DNA from: Candidatus Limnocylindria bacterium
GTDB taxonomy: Bacteria; Chloroflexota; Limnocylindria; P2-11E
Assembly (NCBI GenBank): GCA_036555955.1
Contig: DATBKH010000170.1
Location: forward strand, 1 to 54,924
Direction of reading: 5' to 3'
DNA length: 54,924 bases
Shown: positions 26,937 to 35,399 of the stretch, in pieces
How positions within the stretch are numbered: the first letter of the stretch is position 1
Layout of the letters: each line of letters opens with the position of its first letter
Position numbers and translations under genes: made by a program
Notes under the pieces: model-generated
The model's database searches: none
Seen by the model: only the letters and a program-made list of their open reading frames with translations
Told to the model about the DNA's origin: nothing

Positions 26937-27715
26937 GCGGCCTCCTCGACCGGTCGCACGGGTATCCCGCGCGCGACGAGCGCGCGCTTGAGGTCGGAGA
27001 CGGCGACCTCGCCGCTATGGAAGATCGAGGCGGCGAGGGCCGCGTCGCTTTCGGTCTGGGTGAAGAGGTCGACGAAGTCGCCGACGGCGCCCGCGCCGCC
27101 CGATGCGATCACGGGAACGCGAACGGCGTCCGCGACACGCATGACCAGCTCCAGGTCGAAGCCGTCGCGCGTGCCGTCTCGATCGATCGACGTGAGGAGG
27201 ATCTCGCCGGCGCCCGCGGCCACGCCGCGCCGCGCCCAGTCGACCGCATCCAACCCGGTGGGCGCGCGCCCTCCCTCGATGACGACCTCGAAGCCGCCGT
27301 CGGCGCCGCGCCGCGCGTCGATCGCGAGCACCGCGGCCTGCGATCCGGCTCGCCCCGCGATCTCGCCGAGGAGCGCCGGACGTCGCACGGCGGCGCTGTT
27401 GACCGCGACCTTGTCGGCGCCCGCGCGCAGGATGGCCGCGGCGAGGTCGGCCGAGGCGATCCCGCCACCAACGCAGAACGGGATGCTCAGCTTCTCCGCG
27501 ACGCGGCGCGCGAGCTCGACCACCGTGCGCCGACGCTCGACGGATGCCGCGATGTCGAGAAGCACGACCTCGTCGGCGCCCTCGTGGTCGTATCGGGTCG
27601 CAAGCTCGACCGGATCGCCGGCGTCGCGCAGGTCCACGAATCGCGTTCCCTTCACCACGCGGCCGTCGTCGACGTCGAGACAGGGAATGATGCGTTTCGC
27701 GAGCAGCGTCCTCAC
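26933..27715 (-). CDS. hisF: Imidazole glycerol phosphate synthase cyclase subunit
   Basis: (V)RTLLAKRIIPCLDVDDGRVVKG..., GADEVVLLDI, VGGGI and TSIDRDGT motifs. GTG at 27715 overlaps the hisH stop. Confidence 0.95.
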   Translation of the reverse strand: MRTLLAKRIIPCLDVDDGRVVKGTRFVDLRDAGDPVELATRYDHEGADEVVLLDIAASVERRRTVVELARRVAEKLSIPFCVGGGIASADLAAAILRAGADKVAVNSAAVRRPALLGEIAGRAGSQAAVLAIDARRGADGGFEVVIEGGRAPTGLDAVDWARRGVAAGAGEILLTSIDRDGTRDGFDLELVMRVADAVRVPVIASGGAGAVGDFVDLFTQTESDAALAASIFHSGEVAVSDLKRALVARGIPVRPVEEAA

Positions 27716-28320
27716 GCCGTGGCTCGCACGAACGCGCGAAGCGCGAGCGTCCCCATCGCGCCGCTCTTCTCCGGATGGAACTGGAGACCGAGCACGGCGC
27801 CGCTGTGGACGGCTGCGGTGAGGCTCGCACCATGGCGGACCGTCGCGAGCACGACGCTCGGGTCGGCGGGCTCGGCGGCGTACGCGTGCACGAAGTAGAA
27901 GTAGGCCTCGTCGGGAAGACCGGCGAGCCATGGATGCGGCCGCGCCATCCGCACTCGGTTCCATCCGGTGTGCGGCACGCGCACGTCGTCGCGCAGCCGT
28001 CGGACGCGGCCGCGGAACACGCCGAGGCCCGGCGTTCCGGGATCTTCTTCGCTCTCGTCGAAGAGCAGCTGCATGCCGACGCAGAGCCCGAGCAGCGGGA
28101 TGCCCCGATCGCGAGCGACGCGGACCATGACGTCGAGCCCAAGCCGGCGGAGCTCCGTCGCGCAATGACCGAACCGGCCGACCCCGGGGAGCACCACGGC
28201 CCTCGCCGACAGGATGTCGACGTGCGATCGCGTGACGCGGACGTCTTCGGCGCCTGCTCGCCGTAACGCGGATTCCAGGCTCGCCAGGTTCCCGACGCCG
28301 TAATCGACTATCGCGATCAC
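27712..28320 (-). CDS. hisH: Imidazole glycerol phosphate synthase glutamine amidotransferase subunit
   Basis: (V)IAIVDYGVGNLASL, LPGVG, GLCVGMQLL (catalytic Cys), HTGWN and FHPEKS. GTG at 28320 overlaps the hisB stop. Confidence 0.95.
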   Translation of the reverse strand: MIAIVDYGVGNLASLESALRRAGAEDVRVTRSHVDILSARAVVLPGVGRFGHCATELRRLGLDVMVRVARDRGIPLLGLCVGMQLLFDESEEDPGTPGLGVFRGRVRRLRDDVRVPHTGWNRVRMARPHPWLAGLPDEAYFYFVHAYAAEPADPSVVLATVRHGASLTAAVHSGAVLGLQFHPEKSGAMGTLALRAFVRATA

Positions 28321-28913
28321 CCGATGCGCCCCTTCGAGCTCGGCACGCCTTGGCGTCGCGGATCCCGCTGCGCGGCCTCGTCGAGCGCGCGGCCGAACGC
28401 CTTGAACGTCGCCTCGAGGAGGTGATGCGTGTTGCCGCTGCGCCGCTGCGTCACGTGCAGCGTGCAGCGCGCGCTCTGGGTGAGCGCCGAGAAGAAGTCC
28501 GGGACGAGCGTCGAGTCGAACGAGCCGACGATCCGCGTCTTGGGCCGGAGATCGTGCGCGAAGTACGGTCGCCCTCCGAGGTCGAGCGCGACGCCGACGA
28601 GGCACTCGTCCATCGGCAGCTCGATCGAGGCGTAACGGCGCAGCCCCTTGCGGTCGCCGAGCGCCTCGTCGATGGCGGCCCCCAGCACGAGCCCGATGTC
28701 CTCCACGGTGTGGTGCTGATCGACCTCGATGTCGCCCTTCGCGCGGAGGGACAGGTCGAAGAGCCCGTGGACGGCGAACAGCTCGAGCATGTGATCGAGG
28801 AACGGCATCCCCGTCTGGACGTCCGCCGCACCTGTCCCGTCGCAGGTGAAGCGGATGCGAACGTCGGTCTCCTTCGTCCGGCGCGCGCGCCGCGCACTCC
28901 GTGCTGCGGTCAT
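28317..28913 (-). CDS. hisB: Imidazoleglycerol-phosphate dehydratase
   Basis: RRTKETDV...GTGAADVQTGMPFLDHML...DQHHTVEDIG...GNTHHLLEATFKA. ATG at 28913 overlaps the hisC stop (ATGA). Confidence 0.95.
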   Translation of the reverse strand: MTAARSARRARRTKETDVRIRFTCDGTGAADVQTGMPFLDHMLELFAVHGLFDLSLRAKGDIEVDQHHTVEDIGLVLGAAIDEALGDRKGLRRYASIELPMDECLVGVALDLGGRPYFAHDLRPKTRIVGSFDSTLVPDFFSALTQSARCTLHVTQRRSGNTHHLLEATFKAFGRALDEAAQRDPRRQGVPSSKGRIG

Positions 28914-29989
28914 GCGGCGCCCCTCGCGACCGCGCCACGGACGGCGGCGAGAAAGCGATCGTTGTCCGACGGCGTCCCGATGGTCACGCGGAGCGCTTCG
29001 CCCGCGTCGGGCCACGTCGAGACATCGCGCACCAGCACGCGTCGCTCGCGGAGCTCGCCATGGAGCGCCGCGGCACGCACGAGGCGATGACGGAACAGGA
29101 CGAAGTTCGCGGCCGACGGATAGACGACCACGTCATTCAATCGGCCGAGCTCGCTCTCGACCCGAGCACGCTCCGCGATCACGCATGCGACACGCGCGTC
29201 GAGTCCCGCCTCGTCGGCGAGGACCCGGCTCGCGACGAGCTGCGTCAGGGCGCCGACGTTGTAGGGGAGCCGGGCCGCGTCCAAGATCGCCGCCAGCCGG
29301 CGGTCCGCGACCAGTGCGCCGAGCCGCAGCCCGGCCGCCGCGTGCGCCTTCGAGAGCGTCCGCGCGACCACGATGTTCGGCCGCTCGGCGATGCGCGGCA
29401 GAACGGTGTGCCGTGCGAACTCCGCGTAGGCCTCGTCGACGACGACGAGGATCCGCCCGTTCTCGGCCGCGGCGAGGATCGTCTCGTCGCCGACGAGATT
29501 CCCCGTCGGATTGTTCGGCGAGGAGAAGCAGACGACGTCCGGACGCAGGCGCGCGACCGTCTCGCGCACGCGCGCGGCGTCGAGCGCATAGGGGAGCCCC
29601 ACCGGCTCTTCGTGCACGCGCATGCCGGTGAGCCGGCCGAGCCGCCCGTACATGGTGTACGTCGGCGTGAAGACGAGCAGCGTGCGGTCGGGCCCCCCGA
29701 ACGCGAGGAAGGTGTAGAGAAGGATCTCGTTGCTGCCGTTCCCCACGACGACCTGCTCAGGTTCGACCGACCAGCGCCCCGCGAGAAGCGTCCGCAGCGC
29801 GGATGCCGCGATCTCGGGATAGCGGTTGATCGCCGTTGCATCCAGGTCGGCGGCGTTCAGGTAATGGCCGAGCGGCGTGGGCTCCGTCCACTCGTTGGAC
29901 TGCAGACGGGTCTCGGCGGCCTGAGCGTCGGTGCGATACGGGGTCGCGCCGATGAGCCAGTCACGCGGCCGCGGCAGATCGGAGGTCAC
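28910..29989 (-). CDS. hisC: Histidinol-phosphate aminotransferase
   Basis: Class II aminotransferase pattern LQSNEW..., SSPNNPTG, VVVDEAY, and TLSKAHAAAGLRLG (PLP lysine). Positioned between hisD and hisB. Confidence 0.9.
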   Translation of the reverse strand: MTSDLPRPRDWLIGATPYRTDAQAAETRLQSNEWTEPTPLGHYLNAADLDATAINRYPEIAASALRTLLAGRWSVEPEQVVVGNGSNEILLYTFLAFGGPDRTLLVFTPTYTMYGRLGRLTGMRVHEEPVGLPYALDAARVRETVARLRPDVVCFSSPNNPTGNLVGDETILAAAENGRILVVVDEAYAEFARHTVLPRIAERPNIVVARTLSKAHAAAGLRLGALVADRRLAAILDAARLPYNVGALTQLVASRVLADEAGLDARVACVIAERARVESELGRLNDVVVYPSAANFVLFRHRLVRAAALHGELRERRVLVRDVSTWPDAGEALRVTIGTPSDNDRFLAAVRGAVARGAA

Positions 29990-31218
29990 GCGCGCGCCTC
30001 CAGAGACGCCTGGTGGAAACGCATCGCTTCGTGCCCGGCGATCGCCGCTCCGGCGCGGACGAGCGCGCGAAGATCGCCACGCATCGAGACGCGGCTCGAC
30101 CAGCGGACGAAGTCGTCGACGCGCAACGCCGACGCCCAGCGTGCCGTCCCTCCCGTGGGAAGCGCGTGGTTCGTTCCGGCGACGTAATCGCCGAACGCCA
30201 CCGCCGAGCGCTCCCCGACGAAGAGCGCGCCCGCGCGGCCGATCTCGTCCGCGAGCGCCGCCGCGCGGCGGCCCGCGAGCAGCACGTGCTCAGGCGCGAT
30301 GCCGTTCGTCGCGCGGAGCGCGTCGCGGAGCGACCTCGCGCGATACGCGCGGACGCGACGGGCGGCAGCGCCCGGGAGCGCCGCACCGACGGCCCGCAGC
30401 AGCGTGACGTCGTCGCTGATGACGGCCGCGAAGGCGCCGCCGCCGTGCTCCGCCTGCGCGAGCAGATCGAGCGCGATCGCTTTGCGGTCCGCACCCCGGG
30501 AGGCGACGACCACGAGCTCGCTCGGGCCCTGGAGCGCGTCGATCCCCACGTCCGCCGACACGAGCCACTTCGCCGCGGCGGTGAACGCGTTGCCCGGGCC
30601 GACGATCTTGTCCACGCGCGGCAGCGATCGCGTGCCGTACGCGAGTGCGGCGACCGCGGCCGCCCCGCCGGCCCGATAGACGGCGGCCGCGCCGACCAGC
30701 TCGAGCGCATAGGCGAAGGCGGGGTCGATCGATCCGTCCGCCGGCATCGGCGACACGACGGTGAGGGCGGCGACGCCCGCGATCCCCGCGGGCACGCCGG
30801 TCATGAGCACCGTCGAGGGGTACGCCGTTCGACCGCGCGGCACCAGGGCGCCGACCCGATCGAGCGCGGTCGGCACGAGACGCAGATCCGCCGCCGCGTC
30901 GCGGCGCTGCGCCGCACGCGGCCGCTGCCGCTCGTGGAAGGCGCGGACGCGCGCGTAGGCCAGGTCGAGCGCCCCGCGGACGTCACGCGGGCACGAACGC
31001 GCGGCCCTGCGGAGCGCCTCCCGCTCGACGACGATGTCGCGAAGCCGCGCGTGCGGGTTGTCGAAGCGCCGCACCGACTCGAGCACCGCGGCGTCCCCGC
31101 GCCGGCGCACCGCGCGGATCACCGCTGCCGCGGCCTCGCGCTCGGCAGTGCCGAACGCGCCGCCGCTCCGGGCGCGAGCGACGTCGCCGGCGAGCGCCGA
31201 CAGCGGCGCGATCCTCAT
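29986..31218 (-). CDS. hisD: Histidinol dehydrogenase
   Basis: ...IVGPGNAFTAAAK...GPSELVVVA...QAEHG...AGTNHALPTGGTAR motifs. ATG at 31218 overlaps the hisG stop. Confidence 0.95.
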   Translation of the reverse strand: MRIAPLSALAGDVARARSGGAFGTAEREAAAAVIRAVRRRGDAAVLESVRRFDNPHARLRDIVVEREALRRAARSCPRDVRGALDLAYARVRAFHERQRPRAAQRRDAAADLRLVPTALDRVGALVPRGRTAYPSTVLMTGVPAGIAGVAALTVVSPMPADGSIDPAFAYALELVGAAAVYRAGGAAAVAALAYGTRSLPRVDKIVGPGNAFTAAAKWLVSADVGIDALQGPSELVVVASRGADRKAIALDLLAQAEHGGGAFAAVISDDVTLLRAVGAALPGAAARRVRAYRARSLRDALRATNGIAPEHVLLAGRRAAALADEIGRAGALFVGERSAVAFGDYVAGTNHALPTGGTARWASALRVDDFVRWSSRVSMRGDLRALVRAGAAIAGHEAMRFHQASLEARA

Positions 31219-31859
31219 CGAGCCGCGGCCCAGGCCGTGAGGCGTTCGGCGACGAGCGCGATCTCCTGCCGGCGGAGGTGATACGCCGCCGGATTCGCGA
31301 CGAGGCGGGCGGTGCTGCCTTCGATCTCCTCGACGACCTCCAGATCGTTCGCGCGCAAGGTGCTTCCGGTCGCGACGAGGTCGACGATCCAGTCCGCCAG
31401 CCCGACGAGCGGCGCGACCTCGGCCGACCCGGACACGCGCACGATCTCCACGGCGATGCCCCGCGCCCGGAAGTGCCGCTCGGTGACGTTGGGGTACTTC
31501 GTCGCGACCTCGAGCGTTCCGAGATGGCGGTACTCGTCGAGCGAGCGCTCCATCGCTCCGCGAGGCGCGGCCACGACGAAGCGGCAGGCGCCGAATCGGA
31601 GATCGGCGAGCTCCATGACGCGTGCGCCGGTCTCGAGAAGCACGTCCTTGCCGACGATGGCCACGTCCGCCGCGCCGCGTTCGACGTAGGTCGCGATGTC
31701 GCTCGGCCGCGCGAGGACGTATTCGACGTCGCCACCGTCCACGACGAGCCGCCGGCCGCCCGGAGTGATGCGCGAGACGTCGAGCCCGACCGCACGCAGC
31801 GCTGCGAGCGCCTCGTTCAGCAGAAGGCCTTGCGCGAGCGCGAAACGCAGGGGCCTCAC
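31215..31859 (-). CDS. hisG: ATP phosphoribosyltransferase, short (HisZ-dependent) form
   Basis: (V)RPLRFALAQGLL...ARPSDIATYVERGAADVAIVGKDVL...VATKYPN...DLVATGSTLRAN. About 214 aa with no C-terminal regulatory domain. GTG at 31859 overlaps the hisZ stop. Confidence 0.9.
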   Translation of the reverse strand: MRPLRFALAQGLLLNEALAALRAVGLDVSRITPGGRRLVVDGGDVEYVLARPSDIATYVERGAADVAIVGKDVLLETGARVMELADLRFGACRFVVAAPRGAMERSLDEYRHLGTLEVATKYPNVTERHFRARGIAVEIVRVSGSAEVAPLVGLADWIVDLVATGSTLRANDLEVVEEIEGSTARLVANPAAYHLRRQEIALVAERLTAWAAAR

Positions 31860-33016
31860 GTGCCGACCTGGCCGGCCGCGACGGCCTCGATCACGCGCCC
31901 GTCCGCGAGCCGCACGAGATGCTCGTCCACGACGTCCGCGCGAATCACCGGGCGGCCGGCGGCCTCGACCACGTCGCCGAGCGCCACGGCGATCCCCGCG
32001 GCCCGCACGCGAGCGGCGCAGCGCATGGTCGCGCCCGCATCGTCGCTGGCACGCAGCAGCCAGAGCGGACGGTCGCGCCGGGGACGCCAGCCGTCGGCGA
32101 ACAGCGCGCGATGTAGCTGCAGCACGTCGATCGCGAAGCCGATGGCGGGGCGCGGCGTCCCGTACGCGCCGATGAGGAGGTCGTAGCGACCGCCTGACGC
32201 GATGACGCCCGCGCGCGGGTGGATCGCCTCGAAGACGATGCCCGTGTAGTAGGGGAGCGCGGGCACGAGCGCGAGGTTCGGCGCGCCCCACACCGACCCC
32301 GTCCCGGGCCACCGGGCGCGCGCGAGCTCGATCGTGCGGCGGAGCTCGTCCGCCGCGCCGGCGTCGCTCGCGCTCGTCAGGGCAACACGCGCGTTCTCGA
32401 GCGCGACCGCCGGCATGTTCGCGTCCGCCGCGCGCTGGAGCGCGGCCGCGATGTCACCGGCCCGCAGCGCCCGCAGGACCCCGTCTCGTGCCCGGTCGTC
32501 GAGAACGCGAAAGAGCGCGTTCACGAGACGGATGTTCCCGACCTGCAGCGTCGACTCGCACAGCTGGAGCCCGCAGCGCTCGAGCGATTCCGCGAGCACG
32601 GCGAGGGTCTCGGCATCGGCAAGCGGTCCGTCCCCTCCGACGAGCTCGATGCCGGCCTGCAGCACCTCGCGCGATCCGCCGCTCATGGCGGGCTCCTCGC
32701 GGAACACCGGAGCGACGTACGAAAGGCGAAGGACGCCGGCGACGTCCCGATAGCGGCTCGCGACGAGGCGCGCCACGCTCGTGGTCAGGTCCGGTCGGAG
32801 AGCGACGAGGCTGCCGTCGGAATCGAGGAACCGGATGGAGCGCCGGCCGATCGAGCCCGGCGCCCCGTATTCGAGCAACGGCGGGTGAAGCGGAGTGAAC
32901 CCGGAGTCGCCGAAGACCTGCGCGAGCGTTTGCTCGATCGCGGCGAGCTCGCGCGCCTCGGTCGGCAGGATGTCTCGGAACCCCCGCGGCGGTCCGACCC
33001 AGGTCTCTTGGTCCAT
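31856..33016 (-). CDS. hisZ: ATP phosphoribosyltransferase regulatory subunit (HisRS-like)
   Basis: PRGFRDILPTEAREL...FTPLHPPLLEY...RLSYVAPVFR is a class II HisRS-like core without an anticodon domain. ATG 33016 has GGAG 6 nt upstream. GTG 33037 (the track start) is an alternative. Confidence 0.85.
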   Translation of the reverse strand: MDQETWVGPPRGFRDILPTEARELAAIEQTLAQVFGDSGFTPLHPPLLEYGAPGSIGRRSIRFLDSDGSLVALRPDLTTSVARLVASRYRDVAGVLRLSYVAPVFREEPAMSGGSREVLQAGIELVGGDGPLADAETLAVLAESLERCGLQLCESTLQVGNIRLVNALFRVLDDRARDGVLRALRAGDIAAALQRAADANMPAVALENARVALTSASDAGAADELRRTIELARARWPGTGSVWGAPNLALVPALPYYTGIVFEAIHPRAGVIASGGRYDLLIGAYGTPRPAIGFAIDVLQLHRALFADGWRPRRDRPLWLLRASDDAGATMRCAARVRAAGIAVALGDVVEAAGRPVIRADVVDEHLVRLADGRVIEAVAAGQVGT

Positions 33017-33037
33017 ATGCAGCTCCGAGCCCTCCAC

Positions 33038-33072
33038 AAAACGAAAGGACCTCCCTTCCGGGAGGCCCTTTT
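33038..33072 (-). terminator. Terminator/attenuator hairpin immediately upstream of hisZ
   Basis: Minus strand reads AAAA-GGGCCUCCC-GGAA-GGGAGGUCC-UUUCGUUUU. That is a 9-bp stem (one G-U pair), a GNRA tetraloop and a U-rich tail ending 0-21 nt before the hisZ start. Confidence 0.55.
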
Positions 33073-33099
33073 CCTAGCGCTAAGGCGTGGTGTCGGCGG

Positions 33100-33171
33100 T
33101 TAGCTTCCCGGACGCACGGCAAGCCCCGAGATCGGGGCGTTGGAGCTATGCGTGTGGTGCAGACACCGCAT
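33100..33171 (-). CDS. Candidate 23-codon his leader peptide (MRCLHHTHSSNAPISGLAVRPGS)
   Basis: ATG at 33171, with His codons CAC CAC (ACG) CAT at 33159-33148 and stop TAA at 33102-33100. An internal hairpin GCCCCG-AUCU-CGGGGC lies at 33138-33123. Its 3' end CCGGGA can pair with UCCCGG of the terminator 5' arm/loop. The RBS is weak (GGGGCGG). Confidence 0.35.
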   Translation of the reverse strand: MRCLHHTHSSNAPISGLAVRPGS

Positions 33172-33272
33172 CCGCCCCAACGTAGGAGGCGCCGCGCCGG
33201 GATTCAAATCGCGTCATGCACGATGCACAGGCGCGCTGACCGGATCCGCGCCTCGGCGTCGGCGGCGGGCGC

Positions 33273-33294
33273 ATTACCGACCGGTAGGTAATAT
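33273..33294 (+). promoter_or_regulatory. Palindromic operator-like site overlapping a -10-like hexamer just upstream of the TetR gene
   Basis: ATTACCGACCGGTAGGTAAT (33273-33292) is symmetric at 18 of 20 positions. TAATAT (33289-33294) ends 6 nt before the GTG at 33301. Confidence 0.55.
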
Positions 33295-33300
33295 CCGGCC

Positions 33301-33882
33301 GTGCCCACGGACGGGACGCCGGCAAACGCGACGCGGGAACGCGTACTGCGCGCCGCCGAGCGCCTGTGGGCCGAGCGCGGCGTCCACGGCGCGTCGTTGG
33401 ACGAGATCGCGAAAGAGGCGGCCGTGACGAAGCCGACCGTCTATTACTACTTCGCCGACAAGAGCTCCCTGTTCACGGCAGTGATCGCGAGCGCGCTCGA
33501 AGAGCTCGGTGCCGGGCTCCGGCCCGCTGCCCGGCGCGGTGGCCGAGCGCGCGACCGTCTCGCGTCGGCGCTCGGCTACCTCGTGAGCGCGCGCTGCTCG
33601 GGGCCGCGCCTGCTTCGCGACGGCGGCGTCGCGCTCACGGTGGACCAGACGAGCCAGGCCCGGAGCGCGTTCTTCCGGCACCTCTTCTCGCCGGTGCAGC
33701 AGATCCTCGACGAGGGCGTGCGGAGCGGCGAGCTTCGCCAGATGGACACGGCGTTCGCGACGCAGGCGCTCCTCAACCTCGTGGATCCATGGACCGGCCG
33801 CGATCCGCTCCCCGGCGGCCGCGACGCGCAGCAGATCGCCGCGGACGTCGTCGGCGTGGTCGTCGACGGGATCGGGGTCTAG
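33301..33882 (+). CDS. TetR/AcrR-family transcriptional regulator
   Basis: N-terminal HTH RERVLRAAERLWAERGVHGASLDEIAKEAAVTKPTVYYYFADKSSLF. Confidence 0.9.
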   Translation: MPTDGTPANATRERVLRAAERLWAERGVHGASLDEIAKEAAVTKPTVYYYFADKSSLFTAVIASALEELGAGLRPAARRGGRARDRLASALGYLVSARCSGPRLLRDGGVALTVDQTSQARSAFFRHLFSPVQQILDEGVRSGELRQMDTAFATQALLNLVDPWTGRDPLPGGRDAQQIAADVVGVVVDGIGV

Positions 33883-33890
33883 CTGGTTTT

Positions 33891-35078
33891 CTAACCGGTC
33901 GGTATAGGCGCGAGGCGCGACGACCAGTCCGCGATGCGGGAGACCGCCTTTTCGAGGTTGGCGAGAGAGTTCGCGTACGAGAGCCTCAGGTAGCCCTCTC
34001 CAGCTGCGCCGAAGCACGTGCCCGCGAGCGTCGCGACCCCCGCTTCGTTCAGCAGGCGATCGGCGACGTCGGCGCTCGACCGCAGGCCGAGCCGGCTCAC
34101 ATTTGGGAAGACGTAGAACGCGCCCTGGGGCGAACGGCAGCTGATTCCCGTGACGGCGCTCAACCCCTTCACCACGGCGTCGCGGCGGCGGCGGAACTCG
34201 CCGATCATCCGGTCGACCTCGGGTGGGCGCGCGGCGAGCGCGGCCGTCCCGGCGCGCTGCACGAACGTCGCGGTGCAGGAGACGGAGTTCGTTACGAGCT
34301 TCGTGACCGGATCCACGAGCGGGCGGGGGAACACGCCGTAACCGAGGCGCCATCCCGTCATCGCGAAGGTCTTGCTGAACCCGTCCAGGAGGATGGTGCG
34401 TTCGGCCATCCCGTCCTCCAGCGCGATGGAGCGATGCTCGCCCTCGTAGACGAGCTCGCCGTAGATCTCGTCGGTGAGGACCCACAGATCCTGTTCGCGC
34501 GCGATGCGCGCGATCTCGGCGAGCGCTTCGCGCGACAGGACCGCGCCGGTCGGGTTGTTCGGGCTGTTCAGGATGATGAGCTTCGTACGGGAGTTGACCA
34601 GCCGCCCGAGCTCGTCGAGATCGGGCTGGAACGCGCGCTCCTCGCGGAGCGCGAGCGGCACTCCGCGGGCGCCGGCGAAGTCGATCATCGACGAGTAGAT
34701 CGGGAACCCCGGATCGGGATAGATCGCCTCGTCGCCCTCGTCGAGTATCGCGAGCAGGGCGTAGAACATGATCGGCTTCGCGCCCGGCGTGACGATGACC
34801 TGCGACGGATCGACCTTCACGTTGCGGCGTGCGCGGAGATACTCCGCGATCGCTTCGCGCAGCTCGACGACACCGGCCGACGGCGTGTAGTGCGTCTCGC
34901 CGCGCTCCAGCGCCGCGACGCCGGCGGCCACGATCGACGGCGGCGTGTCGAAGTCGGGCTCGCCGATCTCGAGGTGGACGATGTCGCGGCCCTTCGCCTC
35001 GAGAGCCCGCGCCTTCGCCAGGACCTCGAAGGCCGTCTCGGTGCCGAGGCGCGACATGCGCGATGCGAGCGGTCGCAT
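33891..35078 (-). CDS. Class I pyridoxal-phosphate-dependent (aspartate-type) aminotransferase
   Basis: ILNSPNNPTG, DEIYGELVY, and FSKTFAMTGWRLGY (PLP lysine), with a C-terminal R..YA motif. Confidence 0.9.
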   Translation of the reverse strand: MRPLASRMSRLGTETAFEVLAKARALEAKGRDIVHLEIGEPDFDTPPSIVAAGVAALERGETHYTPSAGVVELREAIAEYLRARRNVKVDPSQVIVTPGAKPIMFYALLAILDEGDEAIYPDPGFPIYSSMIDFAGARGVPLALREERAFQPDLDELGRLVNSRTKLIILNSPNNPTGAVLSREALAEIARIAREQDLWVLTDEIYGELVYEGEHRSIALEDGMAERTILLDGFSKTFAMTGWRLGYGVFPRPLVDPVTKLVTNSVSCTATFVQRAGTAALAARPPEVDRMIGEFRRRRDAVVKGLSAVTGISCRSPQGAFYVFPNVSRLGLRSSADVADRLLNEAGVATLAGTCFGAAGEGYLRLSYANSLANLEKAVSRIADWSSRLAPIPTG

Positions 35079-35093
35079 GGAAGCGCGATGAGT

Positions 35094-35390
35094 CTACGGC
35101 CGCAGCTTTCCCTCGACGCAGGCGCACCCCTCCGGGCCCACGACCGCGGAGTGACGGGTCCCCGGCGGAAGGACGAGGCGGTCGCCGGCGCGAAGCGCGA
35201 CGTGGCGACCGTCGGCGAGAACGAAGTCGATCGAGCCGCGCGTGCAGTACAGGACTTTCGTGTACGAGTGCTCGTGCTGGGCGTAGGTGTCGCCCGGCGC
35301 GTTCGACCATCCGTACACGTCGCTCGCCTCCTCGCGGAGGGCTGATTCGATCGCGCGGGGGTCGGGGCTCGAGCCGGGCATCGATGCCAT
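35094..35390 (-). CDS. Small cupin-domain protein
   Basis: Cupin motifs GDTYAQHEHSY and PPGTRHSAV. ATG at 35390, with an alternative ATG at 35381. The rest of the track ORF to 35762 is antisense to the LLM gene. Confidence 0.7.
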   Translation of the reverse strand: MASMPGSSPDPRAIESALREEASDVYGWSNAPGDTYAQHEHSYTKVLYCTRGSIDFVLADGRHVALRAGDRLVLPPGTRHSAVVGPEGCACVEGKLRP

Positions 35391-35399
35391 GATGCGACG

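Noticed and set aside
33198-33212. tRNA-like T-loop string GGGATTCAAATC in the hisZ-TetR intergenic region.
   Set aside because: The flanking bases do not form a T-stem, and no acceptor, D or anticodon arms can be drawn on either strand.
33038-33300. T-box riboswitch upstream of hisZ, considered because of the CAC/CAU codons followed by a terminator hairpin.
   Set aside because: No T-box consensus (..GGGUGGNACCGCG..) is present on the minus strand upstream of the terminator. The only GGUGG-like string (GGCGTGGTGTCGG) is on the wrong strand. The only UGGG lies 5' of the His codons.
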